From the NCBI RefSeq assembly GCF_009914755.1, contig NC_060935.1: 64,000 nucleotides of DNA; one strand, written 5' to 3'. The translations under genes and the position numbers were made by a program. Below, one piece after another: positions 49,391 to 62,100 of this stretch. The notes under the pieces were generated by a model that was not told the origin of the DNA, made no database searches, and saw nothing but the letters and a program-made list of their open reading frames with translations. Every line of letters begins with the position of its first letter. Position 1 is the first letter of the stretch. This stretch comes from the human T2T-CHM13v2.0 reference genome, Homo sapiens.

Positions 49391-51543
49391 TAGCTCACTC
49401 TCGCCTGCCCATTGCTTCTCTCAAAAGCACACCTCTCAAAGATGAGTGAGGGGGTGGTTCTGAGTCTCAGGCAGGCCCTGGAACATGGGCAGGCATATGA
49501 TTGGCCACACTGAGTGCAGTATGGGGTGGCTGTGGGCAGAGGTCTAGGTGCAGGCCCAAGGATGGTGTAATGTGTGGGAGGCAGCGGGAAGTACAAGAAA
49601 AAGGTCTGAACTGGAGGTCAGAATATTGAAGTCACAGTACTAGACTTGCCTTGGTTTATTCCCTTGGGTAATCAGTTCCTTGATTTTATTTCCCACTCTG
49701 GTTCTCATTTATACATTTATGAAGTGAAGGGAATAGATAAACTAACCTCAGAAGTGACTTCTTTTGTACTCCAACTCACACAGAAAAGAGAATTGAGCTA
49801 AGAGTACTCTGAGAGCTATAGTTACAGGTAGGTAGGCTCCAGGGCACACCTCACAGCCATACAGTAGAATGTTACTTAATCCCACATGGGCACTTCTTCT
49901 TTTAGGAACTCACCAGTTGATGCTCTGGGACCCCAATTTCCCAACATAATGACTGAAGTGTACACTCCTGGGCCTCCTAGTAGCCAGTAGTATTCTTGAT
50001 GCCTAGAGTCTATATTTCTTAGAATAAGCTAGATTTGTCTTGAGATGGCACTCTTCTTCAATCTCAAAAAGGGCTGGTGCAATGTGTGACAAGAGTAGAA
50101 CTCGCTAAAGCCTCGATGTCTCTGGTAAGTCTGAGCCCACCCCGAGACCACATCCTGCATCCTTGAGCTTCCTGCATGTTCACTGTGGGATTGTTCTCTG
50201 GAGTAACAGGCCCATATATTTCCTCCTAAAAGTTTGAAAGCACTACCCTTGTGCCAGGCTACTCAGTATGGTTGCCAATAGCCACATAGACTATCTATAT
50301 TTAAAGTAAAATTAAGAGAAATTTTTATTCAGTTGCACTATATTTCACATCATCGATAGCCACATGTGACTGCCATATTGTACAGTACAGCTGTAGTGCA
50401 TTTCCATCATCATAGAAAGTTACATTTCATTTCTATCATCATAGAAAGTTACATTTCATTTCCATCCTCAAAGAAAGTTAAATTAAACAGCACAGATCTA
50501 GTTAGTAGTTCCGAGTCTAACTGAGGGTTCCAAATAATAATCTCTAAATACCGATGAGAAAAAGAATTGGCATTTTTCTGGATGCCGTTTCTCACTTCCT
50601 TGCTGGCTTTGGGAGATTTTTGTAGCCAGAGCTTCCAAATTGAGTCTCGGTGCAATTGCATGGTATGACATTCTCTCACATAATCTCCAACATCAACCCC
50701 TTGAGAGAGAATGGATTGAGCGAAGACTTAATGAAACTTTAAAGACAAGAGAAGATTCTCCCTATAATCCAGGCTTTGTCTCCCTGCCACTTCCAACTCT
50801 AGTTTTTGCTGGAATAAGGGATAAAGACGGGTAAAGCTTTGTTTTTTGTTGTTGTTGTTTTGTTTTTTTGTTAGCTAATACAAATGACTAAGGACAACTT
50901 TTTAGGGTGCAAGAATTTATACTCAAACAAAATAAAAGTATTATACTTCTGGTGAGATAGATGAAAGGATACAGTCAGCCAGCACTACCCAAAACTATTG
51001 AAGTCCTCAAGGAAAAGGAAAATCTGAGAAAGTCTAAAGGAACCTGAGGAGACATCAGGCCTAAATGTAATGTAGTATACTGTAGTAGCCTCTGTGTCTA
51101 CTTTGGATACCTCACATGAACAACACTTTGACTCATTTTTTTTTCAAGGGTTGTAACACCTGGGCTTAAAGAATGGACCCCAACCAATAGACCGCTTTAT
51201 AACACTGTCAGCTTCCTTGCCACTGAAAACCTGAATTTGAAGGCCAGTTATCACCGAAAGAACCTCATAAACAGGCACAATTTCTCTGTGATACATTCTT
51301 CGGCATGGGCAGAGGGAATATTATAATCCCCTGAATGCAGACTTTGATGTAGGGTACAATAATTGGAGAAATGTGCTCTGAACAAGGATACAGAGGATCC
51401 AGGCCCAGCTCCTAATTCTAACAACAACCAACTGCTCTGGAACTGAGTTTTCAACTTTTCAAAGTAGAAAGACTAGCCTTAAAGAGTTCTGTCTAAGTTT
51501 TATTTTGATCCATTGGGTTGTGGGTTATAGCTCTCTTACTCAC

Positions 51544-51600
51544 CAAAAGCTTGGTTAACCTTTTCTCTGTGGCGATTGATAGAGAGCCAGAGATGATAAA
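51544..51600 (-). CDS. MS4A6A: MS4A6A coding exon 3 (end of TM2 and intracellular loop), 57 nt
   Basis: FIISGSLSIATEKRLTKLL, translated manually; acceptor ttttatcttAG, donor GTGAGT. Confidence 0.96.
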
Positions 51601-53115
51601 CTAAGATAAAAGAGAAAATGGTCAGGTCAGATTCCATGTACAGAGTACCTTCGACGTCACTATCACAATGTTTATAGACAACTCTCATGGGAAAATCCCT
51701 GAGAAACCAGTGATCAATGAGGTAAGTTCCATTTAAATACATAGATTTGTCCCTTTGTCCATATAACATTCAGATAACATCAGAAAAAAAAAAGATAGCA
51801 GAAATATATCCTAATAAACAAAAAATATCCCACTAAACAAAAAAAGACCTTAAAAGCCAGGAAATAATTTTTGTTTTTTTAATAAAATGAGACAGTTTTG
51901 GTGTAAGATGTTCTCTAGGGAAGGACATAAAAGCAATGGTTAAAAAAAAAAGTAGTAATTTTACAGAGGAGAAATCTGGAAAATACTACCCCAACCACAT
52001 AATCAAGGTTAATTGTGTCAGTGACATTATGTTGGTAGCATGACCCTTGATACGACTTGATGAAAATGGTGCTTTACCTCATCATCACCACCCAAAAATT
52101 CATCACCATACTTTAAACATCAAAAAAAAAAAATCAGACAAACCCAAATTTAGGAACATTCTATAAAAATCTCAGCCAGCGCTACCCAAAACTATCAAAG
52201 TTCTCAAGGAAAAGGAAAATCTTAGACAGCCTAGAGGACCCTGAGGAGACATCATGACAAAATGTAATGTAGTGTAAAGTAGTAGCTTGGCATGGATCTT
52301 GGAACAGAAAAAGGTCATTTGGGGAAAACCAATGAAATCCAAATCCAAGTGTAACTTTAGTTAATAAGACAAGAAAAATGGACAAGATACACAAAAAGGT
52401 GGACTTCTTGGTGCATCAAATACACAAATGTAAGAAAAACAAATAGCTACTGAATTGCAGGAAGTTGAAGGAAAAAACATCTATGAAAGGGAAACTTACC
52501 TATGAGAAAGCCCCCATCTTAGAGAAAGCAGTTCTCTGAGGAAAGGACTACTAAGTCCTTTTGAAACTCCAGACTTGCAGCTATTTCAGAGGAATTTCCT
52601 GTCAATCACTGGGCATAGATATCTGCTCAGCCTTACCTGGGAATCAGTCAATGCAGTAAAAGTATTTTCAAAATGCTCAGAGGTGTAAGTTCTCCTTCCT
52701 CCATGATCCCCACAAGCATGGGGGGGATAACAGTGTGGTTTCTCTGTGAGTGTGTGATGTCTTCCATTTATGCTCTTTTTTTTTTTTGTATAAAATGTTC
52801 CTTCCCAACTTTATCCTAATTCATGGATTTTTTTTTCGCCTAAACCTGGAGAGAAGTCACTAGCTTCATCATAGCTCAAGATGATAATGTGAAGAATAAG
52901 ATGATCTTCAAAAGAAATGTTTATTTGAGTCTGATAAGAAATTGATCTAAAATCAAGCAACCCCTGTCATCCTACCCGACAGGAGAACAAGATTCACCGT
53001 TGACTCCTTGCTCCTGGCAGATCAAACATAGCAAGCTGGCAGGTGGGAAGTCTAAGCTATTGGTATCTTCCTCCCCTCTTTGCCCCATCCTGCCCTCCTC
53101 AGAAACTCTACTCAC

Positions 53116-53250
53116 AAAAAAGGGTCCTATGAATGGGTAAGCAGAGTTCAACAGTGTAGAAGTCACTTGGGTAAAATTTGGAGAGAAGGAAGCAGATGCC
53201 AAAATGATCCCCAAGCTCAATACCATCATGCCACACAAGATCTGGATAGT
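53116..53250 (-). CDS. MS4A6A: MS4A6A coding exon 2 (TM1 and start of TM2), 135 nt
   Basis: TIQILCGMMVLSLGIILASASFSPNFTQVTSTLLNSAYPFIGPFF; acceptor cttcccacAG, donor GTGAGT; phase 0. Confidence 0.97.
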
Positions 53251-53774
53251 CTGTGGGAAGAGAAAGTGAGATTGAGGATGAAAACCAGCATTTGTAAAGA
53301 CAGGGCCTTTTTGCCGCTCCCATGGCACTAATGCATTATCGCCTTCTGCAAGATCCTAATGAGGATACAAACCCTGTGGAAACTCTGGAGTGAGAAATAT
53401 GAAAAGACATCCTGGAGGGTGTGCAGCTCTGCCACAGAAGCCACAGTCTCAGGTGTCTGGCAGGTGCTCAGGAAGGCTTCTGCATTTCTGCCTCTCAGGC
53501 CCTGGTCTGCTCATGAGACTTGCTTCCAGCTCACAGCAAGTGCTGAGATTTACTTTCCCAGCTCTCAGGACCTCTAAGTCCATGACTAGTTAACTCTCTT
53601 TCTATCTCTCTGAAAACAGGGGACATCTGAAAGCCCCCACATTCTCTGCAGTATTGGCAGTGCAGAAGGCCCTCCCCTCATCTCCCAGACTCCACTGGAC
53701 ATGGAGTTTGCCCCTTTGGTCACTTCCTCGGAAACTGCAGTTCACAACCCTATAGCTGAAGCTCTGGAAGCTCT

Positions 53775-54067
53775 TTTATTTTTAGCTTTTATTTTAAGTT
53801 CAAGGGTACAACTGCATGTCTGTTACATAGATAAACTTGTGTCATGGGGGTTTGCTGTACAGATTATTTCATCACCCAGGTATTAAGCCTAGTATCCATT
53901 AGTTATTTTTCCTGATCCTCTCTCTCCTCCCACCCTCCACCCTCTGAAAGGCCTCAGTGTGCATTGTTCTGTTCTACGTGTCCATGTGTTCTCATCATTT
54001 AGAGGCCATCCCCCTTAGCAGACTAACACAGGGACAGAAACCAAATACTGCATGTTCTCATGTATAA
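53775..54067 (-). mobile_element. Short L1PA 3' fragment with 5' inversion
   Basis: Antisense 3'UTR to about 54001, then a sense ORF2-end segment; ctgaagctctg on both sides. Confidence 0.7.
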
Positions 54068-54865
54068 CTGAAGCTCTGTCTTAGGAGGTAGTTTTCCTTC
54101 CTGACATCCACCTCAGAGATTCACAGCTCTATTATCATTTACCAAAAAGTTTTCTAGACCTTATGTCACATGAGCCTCATAGAAACCCATGTGATTGTAC
54201 ATGAGGCAAGGAAACCAGTCCCACCAGGTCCTGAAATCCAGTCAAACAGAGTGCCTCACCTCAGATCACATAAGTGCAGAGGCAATTCTAGAAACCAAAA
54301 CTCTGTGTTTCCCTCCCAATCCAAGATAGATCCCTTCTTTCTCTCCTCCCTTCATGCAATACAGCTTCTTTAATAAATTCTGGGTGAGAGGAGAAACAGA
54401 CAAACAAAAGGTGAATATCATTTCCATTCTCAAAAACGTTAGGAGAAAAGAGGAAAAGGAGTTGTATATTTCCTCTAATTTGCAGTGAGGGAAAAATTAT
54501 TTGCAAAAAGTCAGTTTGGATTATTAAGCATGCAGTTGTGGAATATATACACATACACACAATATGTCATTATTTACCACCATTACTTTTGTAAAAGAAA
54601 ATATAGAAAAGCACTGTATTGTAAAAATACAAAGACAACAATAGAAAATCAATTCCTCATATTCAGAATAAGGGAAAATATATTTTTAAGACAACCTCTT
54701 GTGGAAAAGTTCTGGGACAGTTTTCTCCAAGTGGCTTCTACCCTAAAGTCCCTCTAGCAAAATTTTAGGGTCTCCACACTCACGACAGATGTCCAGTCCC
54801 AAGACATATATCATCTCTTGGCACTTCCCCCAACCCCTCTCCAACACGTTCTGAATTAGATTTAC

Positions 54866-55012
54866 CCCAATAACTTTGATTTCTGCGTGTAGATGTTTCT
54901 TCAGGCTATCCTGCCCCTGGTTGGTGGGTTCGGGTTTCTCTGCTTGGGAGAAGTTGATGACATTTGATGGGAGCACTATGATGGTCTCATTGGGAACAGG
55001 TTGTGATGTCAT
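54866..55012 (-). CDS. MS4A6A: MS4A6A coding exon 1 (N-terminal cytoplasmic domain, aa 1-49); the exon starts at 55026 with 14 nt of 5'UTR
   Basis: Encodes MTSQPVPNETIIVLPSNVINFSQAEKPEPTNQGQDSLKKHLHAEIKVIG, the recognised MS4A6A N-terminus; acceptor ttttcttacatAG (55028-55027); donor GGG|GTAAAT. Confidence 0.97.
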
Positions 55013-56262
55013 GATGGTGTTGCCAACTATGTAAGAAAAAATAGATTTAGCTCTTAAAAAGTACAGAGCTCCCAGGTTCTGACTCCAAAAACAGTAACTC
55101 AGTCTTTGCCAATTAGTCTAGGCTTGGCCTGTCCATTAGAGAAAGAAACTGATAGTATGGAACAGTGAAAACCACACAATCTTGGTTTCATGAGGATTTT
55201 TCCATAATGTTTGACACAGTCCATTATAGATAATAAACACATCACAGGGTGGCAGCAACATGAATCTTGAGAGGTCTCAATGTCCAGAGGCAAATGGTCA
55301 CACAAAATTTGCAATATGCAACAACCTCCCTTTCCTCTAGTCCTACTGACAACAACTGTATTGCCATATATTTGATGAATTTTCAGACTAATAAATGAAC
55401 TCTGCTTACTTATTTCTTGTTTAATAATACTATTTATTAGCACTCAGATATGTTTATCATATTTTACCAGACACATTCTTAATTTTTACCCTGCAGTGCT
55501 TTTAATCCTTACAACAGCTCTGCATGTTAGTAAGTTAGTAAAAACATGTAATAAATAAGAAAATGCAAAATAAAGTTTAAGTTATGAATGCAAATAATAT
55601 ACCTATTGCATATATGTGTGGCCCAGAGTTAATGCTGAAGAAATATTTGCAGTTACCCTTATTGTTCACCCTGGTTCACACAGCCGGGAAGCTGTAAAAC
55701 CAGTCTTGGATCTCAGCTTTCCTGGAGTCTGAAGCCTTTGCATAAATCTCTAGATCATTCTACCTCTTCCTAATTTCCCACCTGGCATTGCCAGCCTGTG
55801 TCTGAGTTTACTCAGGCTGGAGAAACAGCTGCATGCAGTGGTATGAGAACAAGTCTTGGACTCATAACACATAGGCTCGCGTCCTTGGTCCTCCCCACTT
55901 TTTAGCATAAAGACCAAGTAGGTTGTGGTATTTGTTGCTAAGCTCAGCTTGGATCCCTTTTCACGGCACCATTCTCAAAGCACAGACCGCCCAGTTTACA
56001 AATGGTCTAAACACATTTGAAGAGACAAGAGCTCTGCTCCCATTAATTACACAACCTTAGGTAAGTGACTCACTGAGTTTATGCAATTAGAATACAGCGG
56101 ACACAGAGTTAAAAACAGATACTCCTTCCATTTGCCCACTCTATTTCCAAAAGGCCCTAGTGTCTCTTAACTGCTGTCAAGGAGTTTCAAGTTAAATTAC
56201 TCCTCTAATGAGGTCACGGCAAGGGAATGGTGAGATGAGAAAAGTCTTCCAGCATTACCTAC

Positions 56263-56420
56263 CTGTGCCCGTTGGTTCCAGCTGAGTCCTCAGAAGCTCC
56301 AAAGAGGTTTTAACTCTGGTTTCTCAGTCCCATCAACGGTTTCTACTTACCTTCATCTTCTGAAAGTCATCAGCCCTTCCTTATTCCAGTGTTTACAGCT
56401 ATACAGGATGTGATACTCAC
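56263..56420 (-). other. MS4A6A: MS4A6A non-coding 5' exon (5' end approximate) with alternative donors
   Basis: Donor CAG|GTAGGT (exon end 56263) and a second consensus donor AAG|GTAAGT (exon end 56351), 1.2 kb upstream of the ATG exon. Confidence 0.7.
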
Positions 56421-56447
56421 AGATTGTAGATTTGTGAAATGTTCCTG

Positions 56448-56460
56448 CACTTCCTTTTCT
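56448..56460 (-). promoter_or_regulatory. PU.1/ETS-type site in the MS4A6A proximal promoter
   Basis: AGAAAAGGAAGTG matches the purine-rich PU.1 consensus just upstream of the 5' exon, consistent with myeloid expression. Confidence 0.6.
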
Positions 56461-58184
56461 GTAAACTTCTAGCAACTTCAGTAAAACCATGAAAAGAGCC
56501 AACTAATATTTGTGAGAGTTCAGGAGTCATGGAGCCTTATGTGTGAATTGCCACTTCGAGACATACAAGTTTCCTGTTGTTAGGCAAGTCTGTTCTTGAA
56601 GCTTCAGTTTTCTAATCTGTTAAATAGAGGAGCAATACCAACACTGGAGAATTGTCATAAAGATGAGCAAAAATATTTATAAAAAGCCTATGCTGCTTTG
56701 AAGCTTTCAATAACATGTAACTAATAACAGTAATAGTGCTAGTAATCATAATATAGAGAAAGAACAATATTCCACTGTCTATAACTAACCATAATAATAA
56801 TAATAGCAATAATGACTACACTGCTTTAAAGGAACATTCATTAATATATAGCTAATAGTAATATAGAACATAAAAAGACTTTTAAAAAATTGTTTTTTAT
56901 ATATATAGTTTGTTTGTTTGTTTTGTTTTATCTTGCTTTTCTAATTCCCCAAGTCTTGGCAGGCTGAAAGCAACCTTTCAATACTGATTGCCCAACTGCT
57001 GCCTACCCTCAAGTCATCTTCCTCCTCTGGCTGCTCTTTTTCTCTAACAACAGATCTTTGCCCTCCAGAAAGGTTGGGCCCCTCCAGGGAAGCATTGAAA
57101 TATTGAAACAGAGAAGGAACAAATGGGAAAGATTCAGCAGGACCTAAATGAATTCAGTAAACTCATATGCAGGCTGGTTTTGTGAGGACAGAGGCACTGT
57201 GCCCCTTCAAAACCTTGGGTGGCATTCTTTGGAAGCTGACTTCAGTGTATCAGGCAAGGAAACCAGAGCCAGTCAGGGCAATGGCAAAGCCCCACCCTGC
57301 AAGCTTCCTTCCTCCTTTCCTTGGGGGAGCTTCCAGAATGAACCCAGAAACACAACCTGAACCATCACCGTCACCACAGAGGGCCATGGATTCTGCACTT
57401 AATTCCACACATTAACTCTCCTGTTGAAGAAAGGAGTTAAGAAGCACCATTTAGAAGGCTGGATTAGTTCTCAGCGTCTGAATGACACAGACATTATGAA
57501 ATGTAATTGGCTTGTCTTAAGTTCTAACAATAAATCTGAGAGGAGGAATGGACTCACACAGAAAGCCTGGGGAGAGGGGCAGAATCACCTCCAACCTTGC
57601 TCACCCAAGCTCCTGGCGCCCCTTCCTCTTTCGCAGAGTGCCGTCTGTGTTTCCAGTGGGTGCCCTGCATCTTTGTCACCCTCACAGCATCTGTGAAACA
57701 GTGGAATGCAGCTCTCCTCCTGAGCTTTGATTAAAAAGGAGCCCAGTCTCTTTGGTCTCTTCAGGAGCAATCACACCCCCTTTCCCTTCAGGGGAATGTG
57801 CTAATAAACCAGTTAAAGTTGCCTACCTAAGCAAAGGCTCCCTCTCCAGTCAGTTTTCCTCTCTGTGCTATTTAATTTAAAATCATTTCTGAGTTTTAAG
57901 GATTATGTGAGACAACACGTGTAAGGTTCCTAGCACAGAACCCTTCGGAATGATGGCCTAAAAGCGGTCTGTTGACTGTCTTCCTCACCCCCCAATCCTC
58001 CCCCCTCTTTTTTTTTCCATTTTGGCTTTAGTAAGCTTAAAACAATTCTCCTTTCTCTTGTCTTTCAGCTTACACTCATTCAGCCTTTTACATTCCCAGT
58101 TTTTTCCAGAGTCTGAATTCTACCAACCTAACTACAAGGGAGAAGACTGGTATATCAATAACACGTTCTGATTAATGATCTGGG

Positions 58185-58405
58185 ACAGGTTTCTCAAAAA
58201 AGCTACTAATGCCACTTTGGACTGGGTAATTCTTTACAGTAGGTGGCTATCCTGTGCACTGTAGGATGCTTAGCAGACTCCCTGGCCTATGCCAGCACAA
58301 TCCCACCCTATGTGTAACAACCAGAAACAGTATCTGATATTGTCAAATGTCTCCTGATGGAGGGAGAACAAAATCCCCTCACATTCATGTTGAGAGCTAC
58401 TGACC
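58185..58405. mobile_element. MER20-like DNA transposon
   Basis: caggtttctcaa...ttgagagctactg with an internal tatcctgtgcactgtaggatg palindrome. Confidence 0.7.
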
Positions 58406-58730
58406 TAGGAGCAAAAGGGTTTTTGTGTGTTCTGTGTAAAGGCAGGTGTGCTAGAAACAGAACAATATTTTCTTTAAATCAATTTCTCAACTTTTATTTT
58501 TAAAATTTTAAATTGTGGTACAAAACACATATAATTCATTATTTTAACCACTTTTTAGTGTACAGACCACTAGTATTAATTTTGTTCACATTGTTGTGTA
58601 ACAGACCTCTAGAACTTTTTCATCTTGCAGAACTGAAACTCTATACCCATTGAACAACCACCCCTTTCCTTCCTATTCCTAGCCCCTAGTAACCACCATC
58701 CTACTTTCTGTTCCATGTTTGCTCTGTCTC

Positions 58731-59190
58731 TAAGGGAGGAGACCACCCCTCATATTGTCTTATGCACAGTTTCTGCCCCCAAAGAAAGAAGAAGTAAAAA
58801 CTAAAAGGCAGAAATGAAATCTACAGGCAGACAGCCCTGTGCTGCACCTTGGGCCTCGTTAAAGATTGACCCCTGACCTAACCGGTTATGTTATCTATAG
58901 ATTCCAGACATTGTATGGAAAAGCACTGTGAAAATCCCTTTCCTGTTCTGTTCTGTTCTGATTACTGGTGCATGCAGCCCCCAGTCACATACCCCCTGCT
59001 TGCTCAATTGATCAAGACCCTCTCATGGGGACCCCCTTAGAGTTGTAGGCCCTTAAAAGGGACAGGAATTGCTCACTTGGGGAGCTTGGTTTTTAGAGAT
59101 GTGAGTCTTGCCAAAGCTCCTGGCCGAATAAAGCCCTTCCTTCTTTAACTCGGTGTCTGAGGGGTTTTGTCTGTGGCTTGTCCTGCTACA
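58731..59190 (+). mobile_element. LTR2-family (HERV-E/Harlequin) 5' LTR
   Basis: Starts taagggaggagaccacccctcatattgtc, has aataaa near 59127, ends tcctgctaca. Confidence 0.85.
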
Positions 59191-62100
59191 TTTCTTGGTT
59201 CCCTGACCAGGAAACAAGGTGATTAATGGATGGTCGAGACAGCTCCTTAGGTGGCTTAGGCCTGCCCTGTGGAGCATACCTGAGGGGGACTCCAGCCAGC
59301 TTGAGTGAAGCAGATCCTGAGAGCACTCCCAGGTAGGCAATTGCCCCAGTGGAATGCCTCATCAGAGCAGTGCACAGCAGGCCCCTGTGGAGGATCAATG
59401 CAGTGGCTGAACACCATGAAGGAACTGGCACTTGGAGTCCGGACATCTAAAACTTGGTAAGACTGGTCTTTGGAACTTGCCCACTCCATTTAAGTGGAAG
59501 CATGGCCTGATCACCCATGGTGTGCCTGTACCAGCACTTTGGTTTTTGATTTTGACTTGACTTGGATTGCTTGATACTTTGGTTTTGGTTTTGACCCGGC
59601 TTGGATTTCCTGACACTCTGATTTTGGTTTTGATTCTGGTTTGGTGTAAACTGCAAAAGTGTGTGTGTGCCCTTTTTACCCATTTTTGTTTTGCAGTGTG
59701 AGCATGGTGTTTTGTCTTCAGGAAGCATGGGCCAGGCACAAAGTAAGACCACTAGGAGCTATGTTGAAAAATTTCAAGAAAGGATTTAAGGGAGATTACA
59801 GTGTTACTATGACACCAGGAAAAACTAGAACTTTGTGTGAAATAGACTGGCCAGTATTAGAGGTGGGTTGGCCATCAGAAGGAAGCCTGGACAGGTCCCT
59901 TGTTTCAAAGGTGTGGCACAAGGTAACTTGTAAGCCAGGGCACCCAGACCAGTTCCCGTATATAGACACTTGGGTACAGCTGGTTTTAGACCCCACCCAC
60001 TCACAGTGGTTGAGAGAACAGCAGCATAAGCAGCTGGCAGAGGCAAGGAAAGACCAGCAGAGAGAGAGAGAGGAAGAGACAGAGAGACAAAGAGGGAGTC
60101 AAGGAGAGAGAGAGAGAAAGAAAGAGGCAGAGAGAGAGAGAGAGAAAGATACAGAGGCAAAAGGAAAGTCAAAGAGAAAGACACAGAAAGTCAAAGACAG
60201 AAAGAAAGAGATATACAAGTAGTTAAGAAAAAAACAGTGTACCCTATTCCTTTAAAAGACAGGGTAAATTTAAAACCTATAATTGATAATTGAAGGTCTT
60301 CTCTGTGACCCTACAACACTCCAATACCACCTTGCTGTAAGTGTAAACAAGTGCGTAGCCCGAAAGCACTGAGGCCACTGACAACCTGTAGACTTCCTAT
60401 CAAAAATCTTTAACCTAGTAATCTGCGGATGGCACAAATGCATTCACTCTGTAGCGGCAACTACTTTGCTAACAGAAGAAAGTAGAAAAATAACTTTTAG
60501 AGGAAACCTCATTGTGAGCACACCTCACCAGTTCAGAAGTATCCTAAGGGAAAAAAAAAAAAGATGATTTAACATTAACCACTAAAAATTCCCTTAACCC
60601 AGCAGGTTTCCTAACAGGGGATCTAAATCTTAATTGCCATACAAAGGTCTGACCAGACCTAGGAGGAACTCCCTTCAGGACTGGATGATAGACGGTTCCT
60701 CCCAGGTAATGGAAGGAAAAGAAAAAGCCGTCTATACCAATTCTAAGTTAATTTGGACTAAACAAAGTCTTACTAATAGCAAAGGATAATTGAAATCCCA
60801 AACGTACAAGGTTTTCAACAAAAGTAAAATTTGCTAAAAGTTAACAGTGTAACATGTATAATAGTAACTTCTAATCTTGTAGCCTTAGACAGTCTAATCC
60901 ACAGACATAAAGGAAGTTTGCTTTGGAAAAGAATGGTTATCCCCCCAAAAAAAGGGGGAAAAAAGCGGGGGCAGAATTTATGTAAAAAGAATCTTATATA
61001 GTAAATTCTTGTCCTGAAATAAATTAACTGGTTGTTTAAAGAAAGAAATGTTTGTAATAAGTCAGAAAGTTGAGGCATGTTGAAGAATTGTCTACAAAAG
61101 TCATGAAAGAAAAAGAGTTATAAAAAAAGAATTGATGCAAGAAATGTTGTATAATTTAAAAGTAACTAGGCCTCCTGAATGTAAAACTACTGAGAAAACA
61201 GTTTATGTGCAAGGTGTATAAGAAAAGTAAAATACACCTCTGGTAAAAGCATTATAAGGAGGCATAAGAATGTGGATTTTTACCTACATTAAAAGATTTT
61301 TAAAAATTGTTTTGAAGGTTTAAGCAAGTTTTAAAACGTCAATTGTAAAGGAAATTCTGTGTGTAAACATATTGGCTAAAGTTAAAGGGGTATCATCCAG
61401 TTTTTCTGTGAACTGAACATTAAAATAAAAACACAATGGGTTTCTCTTAAAGCATTAACCTGCTCTTTAACAAAGATTATAAAAGGTTAAAAAGAGTCTA
61501 TAAAAATCTTACCTTATGATCTAACATTAAAAATTAAATAAATATGCCTACTAAGTTTTATTAAAACTAAGTTTAACATTAATAGCACACTAATATAAGG
61601 GTGACATTTAGCTTATCTGGTATAAAAATCATACAGGAAGCGTCAAATATAAAAAGCTGTTTGGCTTCTTTGGTCTAAAAACTAATAAAAAATAGGTGCT
61701 AAAGGAAATTTCTCAGTAGAAAGGCACCAAGGACTATAAAGTCCACTGCTGACATCCCCACATTTAAAACAAAAGGTCAATTTCTTAAAAATTATATACT
61801 TGGTTTATCTCCCACTTTCCTTTCCCTCAAAACTAAAAGTCTTTTAACACATGTGCCACCCCTACAATTTCTGGTAAGCCAGCACCAGTCTGAAGATCAC
61901 ATTCTCATCAAAAAGTGAAAAAAAAAGAGGAAATTCGAGCCAGCCTAGGAAGGACCCTACCCTGTGCTGCTAACCACCAAGACTGCTGTTCATACAGTGG
62001 AAAAAGGATGGACTCATCACACCAGTCAAGAAAGCTCCACCCGCTCCAGAGTCGTGGGCCATAGTCCCAGGGGAAAACCCTACCAAACTAAAGCTGAGAA

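Noticed and set aside
59659-60222. 187-aa ORF with a charged C-terminus
   Set aside because: Frameshifted gag matrix running into a GA-rich low-complexity tract.
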